Below, piece by piece: positions 28,691-40,917 of a stretch of 64,000 nucleotides of DNA; the first letter of the stretch is position 1, and the number at the start of each line of letters is the position of its first letter. The notes beneath the pieces were generated by a model, which saw only the letters and a list, made by a program, of their open reading frames with translations, was not told the origin of the DNA and searched no databases. This DNA is from Octopus vulgaris (Eukaryota): positions 37,448,001-37,512,000 of the forward strand of contig OX597814.1 in NCBI GenBank assembly GCA_951406725.2, in the 5' to 3' direction. A program made the translations under genes and the position numbers.

Positions 28691-29276
28691 AATATTTTAC
28701 AAAGGTTTATATATTTATACATAGATTTTCCCCTCAAATGTTCTTACACTAGAATTATATCTAAAACGCTTCTGTTATGAGCATATTATACAGACTGGTT
28801 AATGGTATATTGCATACCATCAATTAACTATATACGTGGAATGTAAACGCATGCAGAGAAATATATTAAAAGAACAAATTAAATAAAAAAATTAAAATAT
28901 ACAAAACACTATAGAAATCAATGAAGAGACAACAGAAACAGTAAGAAGTTACGTGTTGATTTTATTAGATATTTCTGTTTATTTAGAAACCTACAATTAA
29001 CAGGTCATTTCGCAGACGCAAAACTATAAATTTCACAGAGTACAACCTTAAAGTTGTCACCGCTAACCGCAGAAATTTTCTGTCTGGCTATTGGTTAAAA
29101 GTACACAGTTTTCCGATTTTTATCCCTCTGTAACCTTTTCCCTCAATTATTTCTCCACAAAATCATGACTTGATAGCAATAAGAGTGAACAACTACATAT
29201 ATATTGCCGACTTTGAGATATTTTACTTCCTTTCAAAGGATGTAGAGTTTGTGAATCTATTTAACTAGATCCATAG

Positions 29277-29334
29277 AAGTAGTAGTAGCAGCCACAGCAG
29301 CAGCAGCAGCTACCGCAGCAGCAGCTACCGCAGC

Positions 29335-29415
<81 letters not shown>

Positions 29416-29512
29416 CGTAGTAGTAGTAGCCGCAGCAAAATTAATAGATATTATAGTAATCGTAATAGCAGTAGAAGCCGCAGCAGAAGTACCAGCAGCA
29501 GTAGTAGTAGTT
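29277..29512. repeat. (GCA)n/(GTA)n trinucleotide repeat
   Basis: Direct reading. Explains the poly-Thr/Ala ORF 29257-29676. Confidence 0.92.
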
Positions 29513-30239
29513 ATGGCTACAGTGGAAATAGTACAACTAGGAGTAGTGGTAGTGATGTCATTGGTAGTAATGTCATTAAAATTCATAGAAGTTTTAGAGG
29601 AAAGAGGAATAAGAATCGTAGGTGTTCGAGTGAAGGTTGGTAAAGTCAGTTTCTTCAAATTGAGGTGAACATCCAACGTGATGTTGAAGTAATTTGTTGT
29701 TATTGTGTTGGTGATGCTGTTGTCACCCCATCTCTTGTTTTTTATTTTTGGTCATGCTTTTTTTTCTTTTTGCGTTGTTTTTATTTCCTTCTGCTGAGGC
29801 ATTTAGAGTTTACAAAATGTCAGATTCGAATAGGCGGTGTAGGATCTTGTTAATTTGAAGGGTTTATTTTTCATCTTTTTAAATATTGGTGTTATTTCTG
29901 TCACATGTGTTGATAATGTGATACAAGAATATCGAATAAGAATACTTTATTTCTTTAAGTATAGAGCAAGCTTTGTTGTTGTTTATTGGATACTTGTGCT
30001 GAACTGCCAGCTTACGGGAAAGTAAATACACCAGCACAAACACACGCATGCACACAAGCACGTAATATATATATACTTGTATATATAACATATGATATAA
30101 CATCAACTGATGAGACACATCTGCACCACGGGGGGCGGGGACAATAAAACCAGCTGTACACTGTCCCACATGCGAGGGATCGCGTGTTTGTTTTTCTTTT
30201 TTTCCTTTGTTTTCCCTTTTTTCTCTATTTTACTCTAAA

Positions 30240-30500
30240 ACTCTGTTACTTGCTTCAGGCATTTGACAGCGACCATGCTCGAGCACCGCCTTTGGTCGAG
30301 CAATCGACCCCTGGACTTATTATTTGTAAGCATACTACTTATTCTATTGGTCTCTTTTGCCGAACCACTAATTTACGGGAACGTAAACACACCAGCATCG
30401 GTTGTCAAGCGATGTTGGGGGAACAAACACAGACATATAAACATATACATACACATACATACATACAGATTATATATATATATATTTATATATATATATA
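30240..30500 (-). mobile_element. OR-type SINE 3' half (target of the Penelope insertion)
   Basis: SINE tail to internal TA tract. The matching head half lies at 33315-33486. Confidence 0.85.
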
Positions 30501-30682
30501 TAGATAAGAAAGTTTGTTTGGTAAAGCACGTGGGTGAATATATAAGAAAAAAATAGTAAAGTGTGAAAAAACGACAGAAGGCTTAAATGTTAAAAAATAT
30601 ATATATTTGTGTCAAAATGTCTGGAGAATATTGGAAAAATTTTCTTTCCTTTCCTTAAAATGACATAATTTTAAAATTTTTA

Positions 30683-30722
30683 AAGAAATTACCGGTTTCG
30701 CGTGTAGCTTTTCAAATTTCTT
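30683..30722 (-). ncRNA. Minimal type I hammerhead ribozyme with U3-A8 variant core
   Basis: Minus strand: aagaaat-TTGAAAA-gctacacgc-GAAA-ccgg-TA-atttctt. It has a perfect 7-bp helix I and a palindromic helix III region (accggt). Confidence 0.72.
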
Positions 30723-30859
30723 GTGACGTTATGTTTATATTGCATGAAGTTATCGTTGTGTTTATTTCCAGGAGATTTCTAAATAAGGGGAGGTAGTGAG
30801 TGATTTCTTCCGGTGTAAGGGAGATAATCACTTAAAAAATGTTTTTCCCCTTTTCCTTG

Positions 30860-32923
30860 TTAATTTCTCTGTGTCAGTATGTTCGGATGGTTGAGTCTGG
30901 GTTTGTACTTTTCAATGAAGAATGTTTCCTTGTTCAGTCTCATTTGTGTTGATGATCCGAAAGCACATTGGTAAAATGGGAAGATTAAAAATTGTGGCAG
31001 TAGTTGCTTTGCGCATTTCTCAATGTGCTCACTAAAAGGTATCATTCTATATTCTGGGAATGCAATCTGTTGTCGATGCAGTGTGCATCTACGCCTGAGT
31101 GATAGTCCCGTGGAACCCACGTAGTCTTGGTGGCAGCCCGAGCATTTAATAACATAAATTATGTTTTCAGAGGCACAAGTAAAGTTAGATTTGATCTTGA
31201 ATTTCTGTCCCTCTTTAAAGAAGAATTCTGATCCTTCCAATAGGTTAGGACATGTTGCACAGTTCGATCTACCACATTTTTTTACTTTTGCATCCGTAAT
31301 TTTAGAAGACAATTTTGCCTTTGTGAGAATCTTTTTAAGTGATTTAGGCTGTTTGTAGCTTTTAATGATTTGGTGTATGTTTAGAATTTCCTTTAATTTT
31401 GGGTTTTTATGAAGTATTGGTAAATTCTGGGTGATGATGGTGAAGGCTTCTTTGTTTCTGGGGTTGTATGTAGATATGTAAGGTAGTATTTTCGGGGAAG
31501 GTGTGTTGTTGTGTTGAACTTTTCTTAAAGTTTTCTATGTTGATTTCTGTTGCACGTCTGATCCCATCCTCTATGAGTTGAGCTGGGTAATGTCTGTCAA
31601 TTAGGGTGTTTTTGAGTTCTTGCAGTCTAAAGTTCATGGTATTTTGTTCTGACACTATTGTGCATATCCTTCTTGCAAGGTTGAAGGGGATGTTTGTTTT
31701 AGTGTGTCTTGGGTGGCATGAATTAAAAAGAAGGTATTGTTTGGCGTCTGTGGCTTTGTAAAAAATGTCTGTTTCTATTTTAAGGTTAATTTTTTTAATT
31801 AGTATATCCAAGAACGGGAGCTCCTTTTGGTTGTATTCCATTGTGAACTGTATATTTGGGTTTACGCTGTTCAATAGGTTTTTAAATTTTAGGAGTTTAT
31901 CTGTTTTCATTCCAGAGAATGAAACAATCGTCTAGGAATCGTTTCCAATTCTCTTTTATGTATTGAGAGAGGGAGTTTCCAAAGATTGATAGAGATTCCT
32001 GGTAAATTATTATTTCCATGTATCCCATTGTTAAGTTCGCAATGACTGGTGCTGCCCTTGTACCCATAGCAATTCCGGATTTTTGACGGTAAAATGTATT
32101 GTCAAACATGAAGTGGTTATTGTGTAGGATGAATTCAATTGATTTAGTAATGAATTCCTTACTGATCCTTTTTGGTATTTCTTCCGGAAATTGGTCTAAC
32201 CAGAACTGTATTGCCTCCAGTCCATAATTATGAGGTATACCGGTATACAAGTTGACTACATCAAATGAAACCAGGATTGTTTCTTCCTTGGTTTTTTTTG
32301 GAAGGTGGTTTAACATATCTAAGTCATCTCTGATATGGCTATCGATATGTTTAAGGAAGGGTTTCAGGAGGATGTCCATAAGTAGACTTAGTCTGTGTGT
32401 TTCACAGGTTGGGCCAGCTACAATGGGTCGTAGTTTTAGGTCCCCCGGATTAGGTGTGTGTATGTATGTCTTTGGTGATTTTTTAATGGTTTCATTTATA
32501 ATTTGACTTTTATGAATTTTTGGCAGACCATAGAAAAGGCTAGGTTTGCATTTAAAGTTTGTTAGGAAATCAATCTCTTTGGTTGTCAGTTCCTTTTCAT
32601 GGGTTTTAATTAGTGAAGATAGAGTTTTCATTATTTTTTGTGGGGTGTAGTTGGTAATTTTTTCATAATGTAGGTCTTCATCAAGCAAGGAAATTACAAG
32701 ATTTCTGTAGTATGATGTATCCATTATTACAACTGCATTTCCCTTGTCCGCTTCCTTAATGGTTATATCTTCATCATTTTGGAGTTCTATCAGTTCTTTC
32801 CATTGTGTAGTGTTAAAATTTGGGTTAGCATTCTGTTTATGTATAGTATGGTAGGGGAAGTTCTCAATGTGGTTACAGAATTCGTCAAGATCTTTATTTC
32901 TTCCTCTGTGTGGGATGTGTTCA

Positions 32924-32925
<2 letters not shown>
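30860..32925 (-). pseudogene. Penelope-like RT + GIY-YIG endonuclease ORF with two frameshifts (~31905, ~31500)
   Basis: [87 protein letters not shown]. Confidence 0.92.
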
Positions 32926-32995
<70 letters not shown>

Positions 32996-32996
32996 G

Positions 32997-33023
<27 letters not shown>

Positions 33024-33027
<4 letters not shown>

Positions 33028-33314
33028 GTATGTATGTATGTGTATGTATATGTTTATATGTCTGTGTTTGTTCCCCCAACATCGATTGACAACCGATGCT
33101 GGTGTGTTTACGTCCCCGTAAATTAGTGGTTCGGCTAAAGAGACCAATAGAATAAGTAGTATGCTTACAAAGAATAAGTCCAGGGGTCGATTGCTCGACC
33201 AAAGGCGGTGCTCGAGCATGGTCGCTGTCAAATGCCTGAAGCAAGTAACAGAGTTTTAGAGTAAAATAGAGAAAAAAGGGAAAACAAAGGAAAAAAGAAA
33301 AACAAACACGCGAT
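33024..33314 (+). repeat. Inverted duplicate of 30179-30470 (SINE 3' half + adjacent flank)
   Basis: Near-identical reverse complement, including the ~60 nt outside the SINE (cgcgtgtttgtttttc... / ...gaaaaacaaacacgcgat). Confidence 0.92.
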
Positions 33315-33486
33315 ACATATATACGGTTGTTTTTTTTCAGTTTCCATCTACCAAATCCACTCACAAGAATTTGGTCGGCCCAAATCTATAGTAGAAGACA
33401 CTTGCCCAAGGTGCCACGCAGTGGGACTGAATCCGGAACCATGTGGTTCGCAAGCAAGCTGCTTACCACATAGCCACTCCTATGCC
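33315..33486 (-). mobile_element. OR-type SINE 5' half (tRNA head)
   Basis: ttcagtttccatctaccaaatccactcacaag...gtgggactgaatccggaacc...ttaccacatagccactcctatgcct. Confidence 0.88.
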
Positions 33487-33489
33487 TCA

Positions 33490-33665
33490 GTACTTCCTCG
33501 TTCCTAACTGTCACAAGCGACATTTCCTTACTTTCGGCATGATATCTCACTAAGCTCTGGTGTGCGAGGCACACGAAATCTTCCACGCTTATCATACACC
33601 TTCCTCCATTTGCTATCTTCATGAATAGGCGATCAGTGCCTGCACGTGGAAGATGGGCTCCATGT
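33490..33665 (-). mobile_element. R4/Dong-like LINE fragment
   Basis: HLPRAGTDRLFMKIANGGRCMISVED is homologous to HQPNSDIERLYIQRIVGGRGLIQLE of the 35-39 kb element. Confidence 0.65.
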
Positions 33666-33666
33666 A

Positions 33667-33818
33667 TCTTCTTCTTTTTCTTCTTCTTTTTCTCCTTCTT
33701 CTTCTTCTTCTTCTTCTTCTTCTTCTTCTTCTTCTTCTCCTTCTCTTCCTCGTCCCTCTCCATCCACCTCCTCCTCCTCATCATCATCATCTTCTTCTTT
33801 TTATTATTATTGTTTTTG

Positions 33819-33895
<77 letters not shown>

Positions 33896-33896
33896 G
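33667..33896. repeat. (CTT)n and (ATT)n microsatellites
   Basis: Direct reading. Confidence 0.93.
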
Positions 33897-34299
33897 CTTT
33901 TATGAATTTGTATTCCAAGATTCCTTCTGTGAAATTTCGTATTAAAAATGATATTATATTTCGAGATGGGCTTTTTCTTTTTCTTTTATTTTTTGTCAAA
34001 AAATCACAGGCACTATACATTCGGTCTTTACTTGTTTATTACTGTTTTCATATATTATTCACTGTCTGGAAATATTTTGTCACACACCTCTGACCTGTTC
34101 ATTTACTCTCGATCTTATGTGTCTCCTCAAATTCTTCTTCGTTCATTCTGTCATCGAAAGATTTCAAGACAATACACATAAAATAAGAACAGTAATGAAA
34201 AAAATGAAGAACGAATATATGAATATATAATGCGTGAGTTTATTTGGAAAGAAAAACAGAAATGACCATCACTATATATAACAGCATTATTACTATTAC

Positions 34300-34414
34300 T
34301 ATTATTCAGTAGTTTTATTTTTATAGCATGCTTTCATTTCACTACCGAGCGCAGCTCTGTGTGCCTTGGGAATGTGCTGCGGTTTGTCGTGATGCTCTGA
34401 TGGTTATTGTATGG
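34300..34414 (-). mobile_element. Severely 5'-truncated Dong 3' end inserted in (TAA)n
   Basis: Near-identical to 35185-35300 and flanked on both sides by ATT repeats. Confidence 0.85.
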
Positions 34415-34449
34415 TATTATTATTATTATCATTATTATTATTATAATTA

Positions 34450-34499
<50 letters not shown>

Positions 34500-34609
34500 T
34501 TTATTTTTATCATTATTAATATTATTATTATTATTATTATAGTTGTTTACTTTTAATTTGCATGTTTTTCAGAATCAATTGCCGAGACACACCTAGCATT
34601 TTAGGGCGA

Positions 34610-35045
34610 GTGAAGGATAAGGAATATTACAGTATGACTGAAAGCTTGGGGAAGGATGTGGCAGGGGTAGCTGCGAAATATCTTCATGTGATACAACACA
34701 AACAGTTAAATTCGTAGCATCTTTGTAAGGCTGTGGGCAGTGCTTCTCAGCAAAATCTTTTCGATTATCTCTGTGACATGCGATAATGAAGAAAGAAATG
34801 TCGATAGTTATGACATATTACGTTAGGAGGTTAAGCAGTTGTGGTTGCTGAAAAAGGTGGTAGTAGTACCAATAATTGTGGGGGCTCTGGAAACAGTGAG
34901 CAACAATTTTGTGAACTACGTGGAGAACTTGCAGAAAACTGCTCCTGGTGTAAGTCTTATTACATTAGCGTGCTGGTGGTGAACAGCTGACACCCTAGTA
35001 CATCTCCAGCGTTATAAGCTGTGCAAAGACAATAAAATAATAAAA
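34610..35045 (+). mobile_element. R4/Dong-like 3' fragment (end of restriction-like endonuclease)
   Basis: KKVVVVPIIVGALETVS...LQKTA at 34850-34945. Confidence 0.6.
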
Positions 35046-36061
35046 ATTAAAATAATATTCATAACAATGTGAGTAGCAAAATTCATGCCAGGGTAGTATT
35101 TCACTATAAACGAGGAAGATCGATGAAACTCCTATTAATAAATTCTTGAGATTTTGCAACTATAATAAAGATCAAGAATATTATTATTATTCAGTAGTTT
35201 TATTTTTATAGCGTGCTTTCACTTCACTACCGAGCGCAGCTCTGTGTGCCTTGGGTATGTGCTGTGATTTGTTGTGATGCTCTGATGGTTATTGTATGGG
35301 AAGTGTTCTGCGTAGGATGTGTGCAGTGCCTAGTAGTGCAATTTTCTGTATGATATATGTGTTTGTCCTGGTGTTTTTGTTATGTATTTGTCTTAATATG
35401 TTTTTTATCATGCCTAATGCACCTATTATGATAGGAATTGTGTTTCTGTTTTTAGATTCCACATTCTGGTTACCTCTGTTTCTAGGTCTTTGTATTTTGA
35501 AAGTTTCGCCACTTCTTTTAGAGACACCTTGTCATCCGCTGGTATTGATACGTCAATTAGAAAACATTTTTTTCTTCATGATCTCTGACAACTATATCTA
35601 GTCTGTTGGCCTTAATTTCTCTATCTGTGTATATTGGCATATCCCAGAGTATGGTTGCTTTCTCGTTTTCTCTGACCTTTTCTGGTGTGTGCCTATACCA
35701 TCTTTTTTCTGTTGTTATTCCATAATGTTGGCATAGTTTCCAATGTAAATAGGTCCCAACACTGTCGTGTCTGTGAATATGTTCCTTCTTAGCCAGGACT
35801 GGGCAGCTAGAGATGATATTATTTATTGTTTCTTGTCCATCTCCACACATTCTGCAGTTACTTGTTATATTTCTTTTCATTACATGTTTTTGGTAATTTC
35901 TGGTGGGAAGGCTTTGGTCTTGTGCTGCAATTAAAAATCCTTCTGTCTCTGCTTTGAGTCCTGAGCTTCTCAACCATTGGCTTTTCTTGCCATAGGTTTA
36001 TCATGGTTCGTTGCTGTTCTATTTTAAGTTTGGATTTCATTTGTTTTATAGCTTTTGTTGT

Positions 36062-36175
36062 TTCTTCTTCTTCTTCTTCTTCTTCTTCTTCTTCTTCTTC
36101 TTCTTCTTCTTCTTCTTCTTCTTCTTCTTTTTCTTCTTCTTCTTCTTCTTCTTCTTCTTCTTCTTTTTCTTCTTC
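36062..36175. repeat. (TTC)n tract within the Dong ORF (poly-Glu)
   Basis: Read as EEEE in ORF 35858-36430. Confidence 0.93.
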
Positions 36176-36564
36176 ATATTTGTTAGGTTGTATGATTTCT
36201 TGTTTGTATTTTTCAGCTTCCTTAAATACTGAGAACAATTTTTTGTTTTGCTTGTGTTTTGCCACTATTTGTATCAGTTTTCCTTCCTTCCGAAGTAGAT
36301 ATTTTTGCTGTCCTATGGTGGTTATTTTATAGTAGTTTTCCAGCTGTATAAGGCCTCTACCACCAACTATACGTTGTATATATAGCCTTTCTATGTCAGA
36401 GTTTGGTTGATGCATCCTAGATCCTGTCATTATTTCTCTTGTTTTCCTATCTATTTTTGTCAGTTCATTTAGTGTCCAGTTAAGGATATTTTAGCTGTAA
36501 CTTATTGCTGGGACAGCTAAAGTGTTGATACCTATTATCTTGTTTTTATCATTGAGCTCTGTTT

Positions 36565-37434
36565 TCAGTATTGACCTAACTCGTCTATAATATTCTTTTT
36601 TTTTATTTTCTCTTTCATTTGTGTGTGTTGTGTCTTATCTAGTTCATGGATTCCTAAGTATTTGTAAGTTTGACTTCGGTCTAATTCTTTTATTTCATTG
36701 GTTTTATCTAGTGTGATGTTGCTAATCTTAACTAGTTTTCCTCTTTTCAGGGTTACTTTGGCGCATTTCTCTAATCCAAATTTCATATCTATTTCTTTGG
36801 TAAATCCACGAACTGTCTTTAATAGTGTTTCCAGCTGTTTGTTATTTGCAGCGTATAGTTTTAGGTCATCCATATACAAAAGGTGGCTGATCGTTTTGCT
36901 ATAGCATTTATATCCGCATCCAGTTCTGTTTAGCATATCCGATAGAGGTGACAGTGCCACGCAGAAAAGGAGCGGAGAGAGCGTATCTCCCTGGAATATT
37001 CCTTTTCTAATACGGATGGCTTTGGTTTTTACAAGTCCCTCTTTTGTTTGGAGCTGCCATTTATTCATAGAGTGTCCTATGTAATTTATAATTGTTGGTG
37101 CAACTTTGTTCATGGCAAGTGTTCCGAGGATCCATGAGTGGGGGATGCTATCAAACGCCTTTTTGTTGTCGATCCAGGCCATACTGAGGCCTTTCTTCTT
37201 TCTGTGGCTGTCTTCAGTTATGGCTTTATTGATCATTAGTTGATCTTTACAGCCATATGAGCCTTTGCGGCATCCTTTTTGCTCTGGAAACAGGTTGTTT
37301 TCGTCCAACCTTTGAGATATTAGTGCAGTAAATGCCTTGTACGTTGTAGGGAGACAGGTTATAGGTCTGTAGCTTTCTGGTTTTGCTGTCCAATTTGATT
37401 TGAGAATTAAGATGGTTTTCCCTTCGTGAGGCAT
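36565..37434 (-). pseudogene. Reverse transcriptase domain of the Dong element
   Basis: 289-aa open frame with the non-LTR RT motifs (YMDD). The adjacent frames are disrupted. Confidence 0.9.
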
Positions 37435-39266
37435 CCAGGCATTGTTTCTGGCTCTGTCAGTAGGTTATTAAAATTTTCAGCGAGTTTTTTGTGCATTCCT
37501 GTTAGATATTTCACCCAGAAGTTGGGGATCTTGGCATGCCCAGGTGCCTTCCAGTTGCTTAGTCTTTGCAGTGTCTGGGTGACTATTCAGTTGCTATGGG
37601 GGTCCAAAGTTGCTCAGATGCTGAGTTTGTTGTTTTAATATTCCTTTTTTTTTTGGTTGTTCGTTCGCCGACCATATTTCTCTTCTTAATTCTTCCACTT
37701 CTTCTGCCGTTGGTGCTGCAGTGATTTCTATTTTATTTTTGCCAAGTTCTTGGTAGAACATTTTCGGGTTGGAGTTGAACTATTTGTTTTGGTCAAAGAA
37801 ACGTTGACGTTTCTCATACCGGCGGATCCTTTGTGCTTTGGCAAGGATATCTTGGTTAAGCTTTTCTTTTATCTCAGGTAAATCTTTTTCTGTGGTGTTG
37901 TATTTGCGGAGTATTTTTGTTTTCTTTTTGTTGCTCAGTAGCGTTGACTGTCTACTGATTTCATTAAGAATCGAAAGTTCTTGTCTCATTTTTTGTATTT
38001 TGTTTTGAATGTTATTTATCCACAGGGTTTTTTTGGGTGGTGATACTCCGGTTTCGATGGGTTTGAGTGAGTATCCAGCTTCTTTTGTGGCTGCAGTGGC
38101 TGCTGCCTATACTAAATCATTTATCTCAGTGATATCGCTTTTTGTTCCAGTGGCTAGTAGTTCCGTGACGGCTAGGTATATGTTGTTTATAATTGATGTT
38201 GTTGTTGTGTCTATTTTTATTTTTGAGAGGTATGGTCGGTGGTCCATTTTGAGCTCTGTGGTTTTCAGTTCTTTGATTATTCTACTTTTTATAGTTTCAT
38301 AATCATTAGGCTCCACTTCGTTGTTTCCAGGCTTTAGATTTGTGTCGCTTTCTTTCTCATCCGTATGTTTGTTTGTCGTGTTTTGGCTTGCTGTTTGTCG
38401 TGTATTATTATGTATCCTTACGGTCTGGGTTTTTTTTTTGTTTTTTCTTTACATCGTGTTTGTTGGAAATGTTACGTTTGTCTTCGTGTTTTACTGTTTC
38501 AGTGTTTGTATTATTTGGCATTGACGTGTGGCTTCTATCTACATTTTCCTGATGTATTTTTTCTTTTAAATGTTCTATTTCTATTTCTGATATTTCATTT
38601 GCGTTGAGAATATATCTCCGTATATTTCTAGTTTATTAGGGTTCATTGTTGTAACCAGGTCTTTATTTATATTATTTTTTTTCCATATTTTCTATGTACG
38701 TGTTATTGTATTTTCATTCTTTGGGCAGAGCACTGCTGCAAAGTAAGCGTGTAGTATAGAAATGTATTCCTCACGTGTCCATTTATGTCTTTTGGGTTTT
38801 ATTTGCGGGACATGTCCTTTGGGTTTTATTTGCGGGACGGTCGTCGTGTTCGTAGGGTACCGGTCCGTTCATTTCTGTTGTCACATTGTTTTGCACGTGT
38901 AGTTTTCCGTACATTTTATGTTCTAAGTTTACGGTCAGTACTTCCCGATTGTCATTCTTGGGTTGAATAATACCGATATTATTTAATTCATTCGTAGTTT
39001 TTTGTACATGGTGTTTGGGGCCCGAGATGATCTGGTGTTGAGGGATCGTAATGTATCAAGAATTGTTTACATGTGTTGTGTTAGAGGTGGAGATGATATC
39101 GAGCTAAAATAATTCAATTCCTTTTGAAAATAGTAATAAATTTCAATGTGTATTACTTACTCGGATATAGTGCAATCCTTTGTCAGTTATTTTTTAGCTC
39201 CATGCGATATCTTTGTTTCCGATGTTTGTGGATATATTTCGGCGCACTGTTTTATCGCTCTCACAT

Positions 39267-39433
39267 GTTTAACGTCCCCGATGTAATCTCGTTTAACGTC
39301 CCGGTGTAATCTCGTTTAACGTCCCCGGTATAATCTCGTTTAACGTTCCCGGTGTAATCTGTTTAACGTCCCCAGTGTAATCTGTTTAACGTCCCCGGTG
39401 TAATCTCGTTTAATGTCCCCGGTGTAATCTGTT
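39267..39433. repeat. ~7 tandem copies of a 22-24 bp unit (gtttaacgtccccggtgtaatctc) at the Dong 5' end
   Basis: Direct reading. Confidence 0.9.
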
Positions 39434-39442
39434 TTATTATTA

Positions 39443-39519
<77 letters not shown>

Positions 39520-39649
39520 GTATATTTGGCGTTTGCTTTTTATTTGTATTAGTTTATTCCATATCTCACCTTTGGTAAAATACAATTGCGATCAGTAGTG
39601 GCTGCTTCATAATATTCAATGCCAAAATTAGGTACTATACATTCTAGAA

Positions 39650-40495
39650 TTTTTCGTGTACAGATTATTAAATATCTGTGGTGCCTTCGTTCCAGCAAGT
39701 AAAAATCGTAATTTTTTCAGCATCTCCTTGTAGCTTATCTGCTGCTCTTCTATCTTTTTAGTGTAGGGATGTTGGAACGCTTCAGTAGTTGCCGTGGCCG
39801 AGGACAAAGGTCCTCCGCCGCGTCAACATAACTTCTTAGACTCTTGTCTTGAAGGACCTGAGTATTCAGCCTGCAAGTTATCTGCTCTTTGCTGCCATCT
39901 ATGTAGTGTACATATGATATTAGGCTTCAAAGCACGTACCAATCCTCAGGTTTTTCACTGACTGTAACTCTGAGATTGCAGTGTCTTCTGATCCTTTATA
40001 TGCAGGCAGCAGTGCTTTTTGAGTTGATCGTGCAGTGCCTGAAAGTATGTAGCATTGAACTGTATGTTGTTTATTTCAGCCCACATGCTTATTACTTTCT
40101 GTTGCAAGCTTGCGACGTCGTCTTGAATTTTTATTGCCAGTGTTAATTTTGTATCATCAGCGTAGCTAACATTGGCTGTTTGATTGACCATGAGCATGCT
40201 TATGCGAGCTATTATTAACAGTAATAGCCTCAAGAGAGTGCCCTGAGAGACGCTATTTAGCATTTGAGTTTACTCGGAAAGGCACCACCAGCTGAAAATT
40301 CCTGGCTTCTGTCTTTAAGAAAGTCATGCAGCAACCCTTCCAGTTATCACCATTGCCAAGGTCTCGCAGCTAGAGACATATCATGCCATGATCTACCTTA
40401 CCAAAGGCCTTTAGAAATTCAGTATATATCACACTGACATCTAAATGGTGAAGCAGGTGCATTAAAAATCCAGCCATAGTGCTGTAAGTGCTTTT
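39650..40495 (-). mobile_element. CR1/Jockey-group LINE RT fragment
   Basis: SVSQGTLLRLLL...SYADDTKL...DVASLQ in ORF 39955-40263. Upstream IYTEFLKAFGKVDHG. Confidence 0.78.
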
Positions 40496-40917
40496 TGAAT
40501 CAGCTTCCCACACTCACACACAAATTATACTTTTACAAGAAAAGTTGTGAGGGGATTTCAAAGTAACTGAAAATGGTAAAACATGTACCCACTGAAAATA
40601 GAAACGTGTACACATACTCAAATTTATTGTTCTAAAAAAATGGTGTTGAATATATTGCATGTAAGCAAATGTTTCGTAAATCGATACTGCTAAAAAGCTC
40701 CTGAATATTAATATATATTTTGGAATCTTAAATATAGAAAAATAATGCTATATATCATTTCCATAATTATAATTGTGTAATTATTCGCGTGAGTTCTTTT
40801 ACGTTGCAAAATTTAAATTTACAATGAAATATATAATTATGTTAACTCCGTTATGTCGCCCGAAACAGAAATATTCTCATGTATATGCATGCATCGATCC
40901 ACCCATTCATACATACA

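Larger units (their letters stand above)
30503..32925 (-). mobile_element. Young 5'-truncated Penelope-like element (Neptune type)
   Basis: RT, linker C-x4-C-x2-C (KCGRSNCATC) and GIY-YIG, followed by ~350 bp of 3' non-coding sequence with an HHR motif. Both ends lie in (TA)n. Confidence 0.93.
35190..39433 (-). mobile_element. Near full-length R4/Dong-clade non-LTR retrotransposon, decayed, in (TAA)n
   Basis: N-terminal KWTREEY (~38780). RT: YRPITCLPTTYK, QKGC, AWID.KKAFDS, GIFQGDTLSPLLF, HLLYMDDLKLY. Zn knuckle CRMCGDGQETINNIISSC, REL motif ANRLDIVVRD, and C-terminal QKIALLGTAHILR. TTA repeats flank both ends. Confidence 0.92.

Noticed and set aside
29257-29676. Mucin-like poly-Thr ORF (also 58187-58667 and 33386-34093)
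   Set aside because: Trinucleotide microsatellite read-through.
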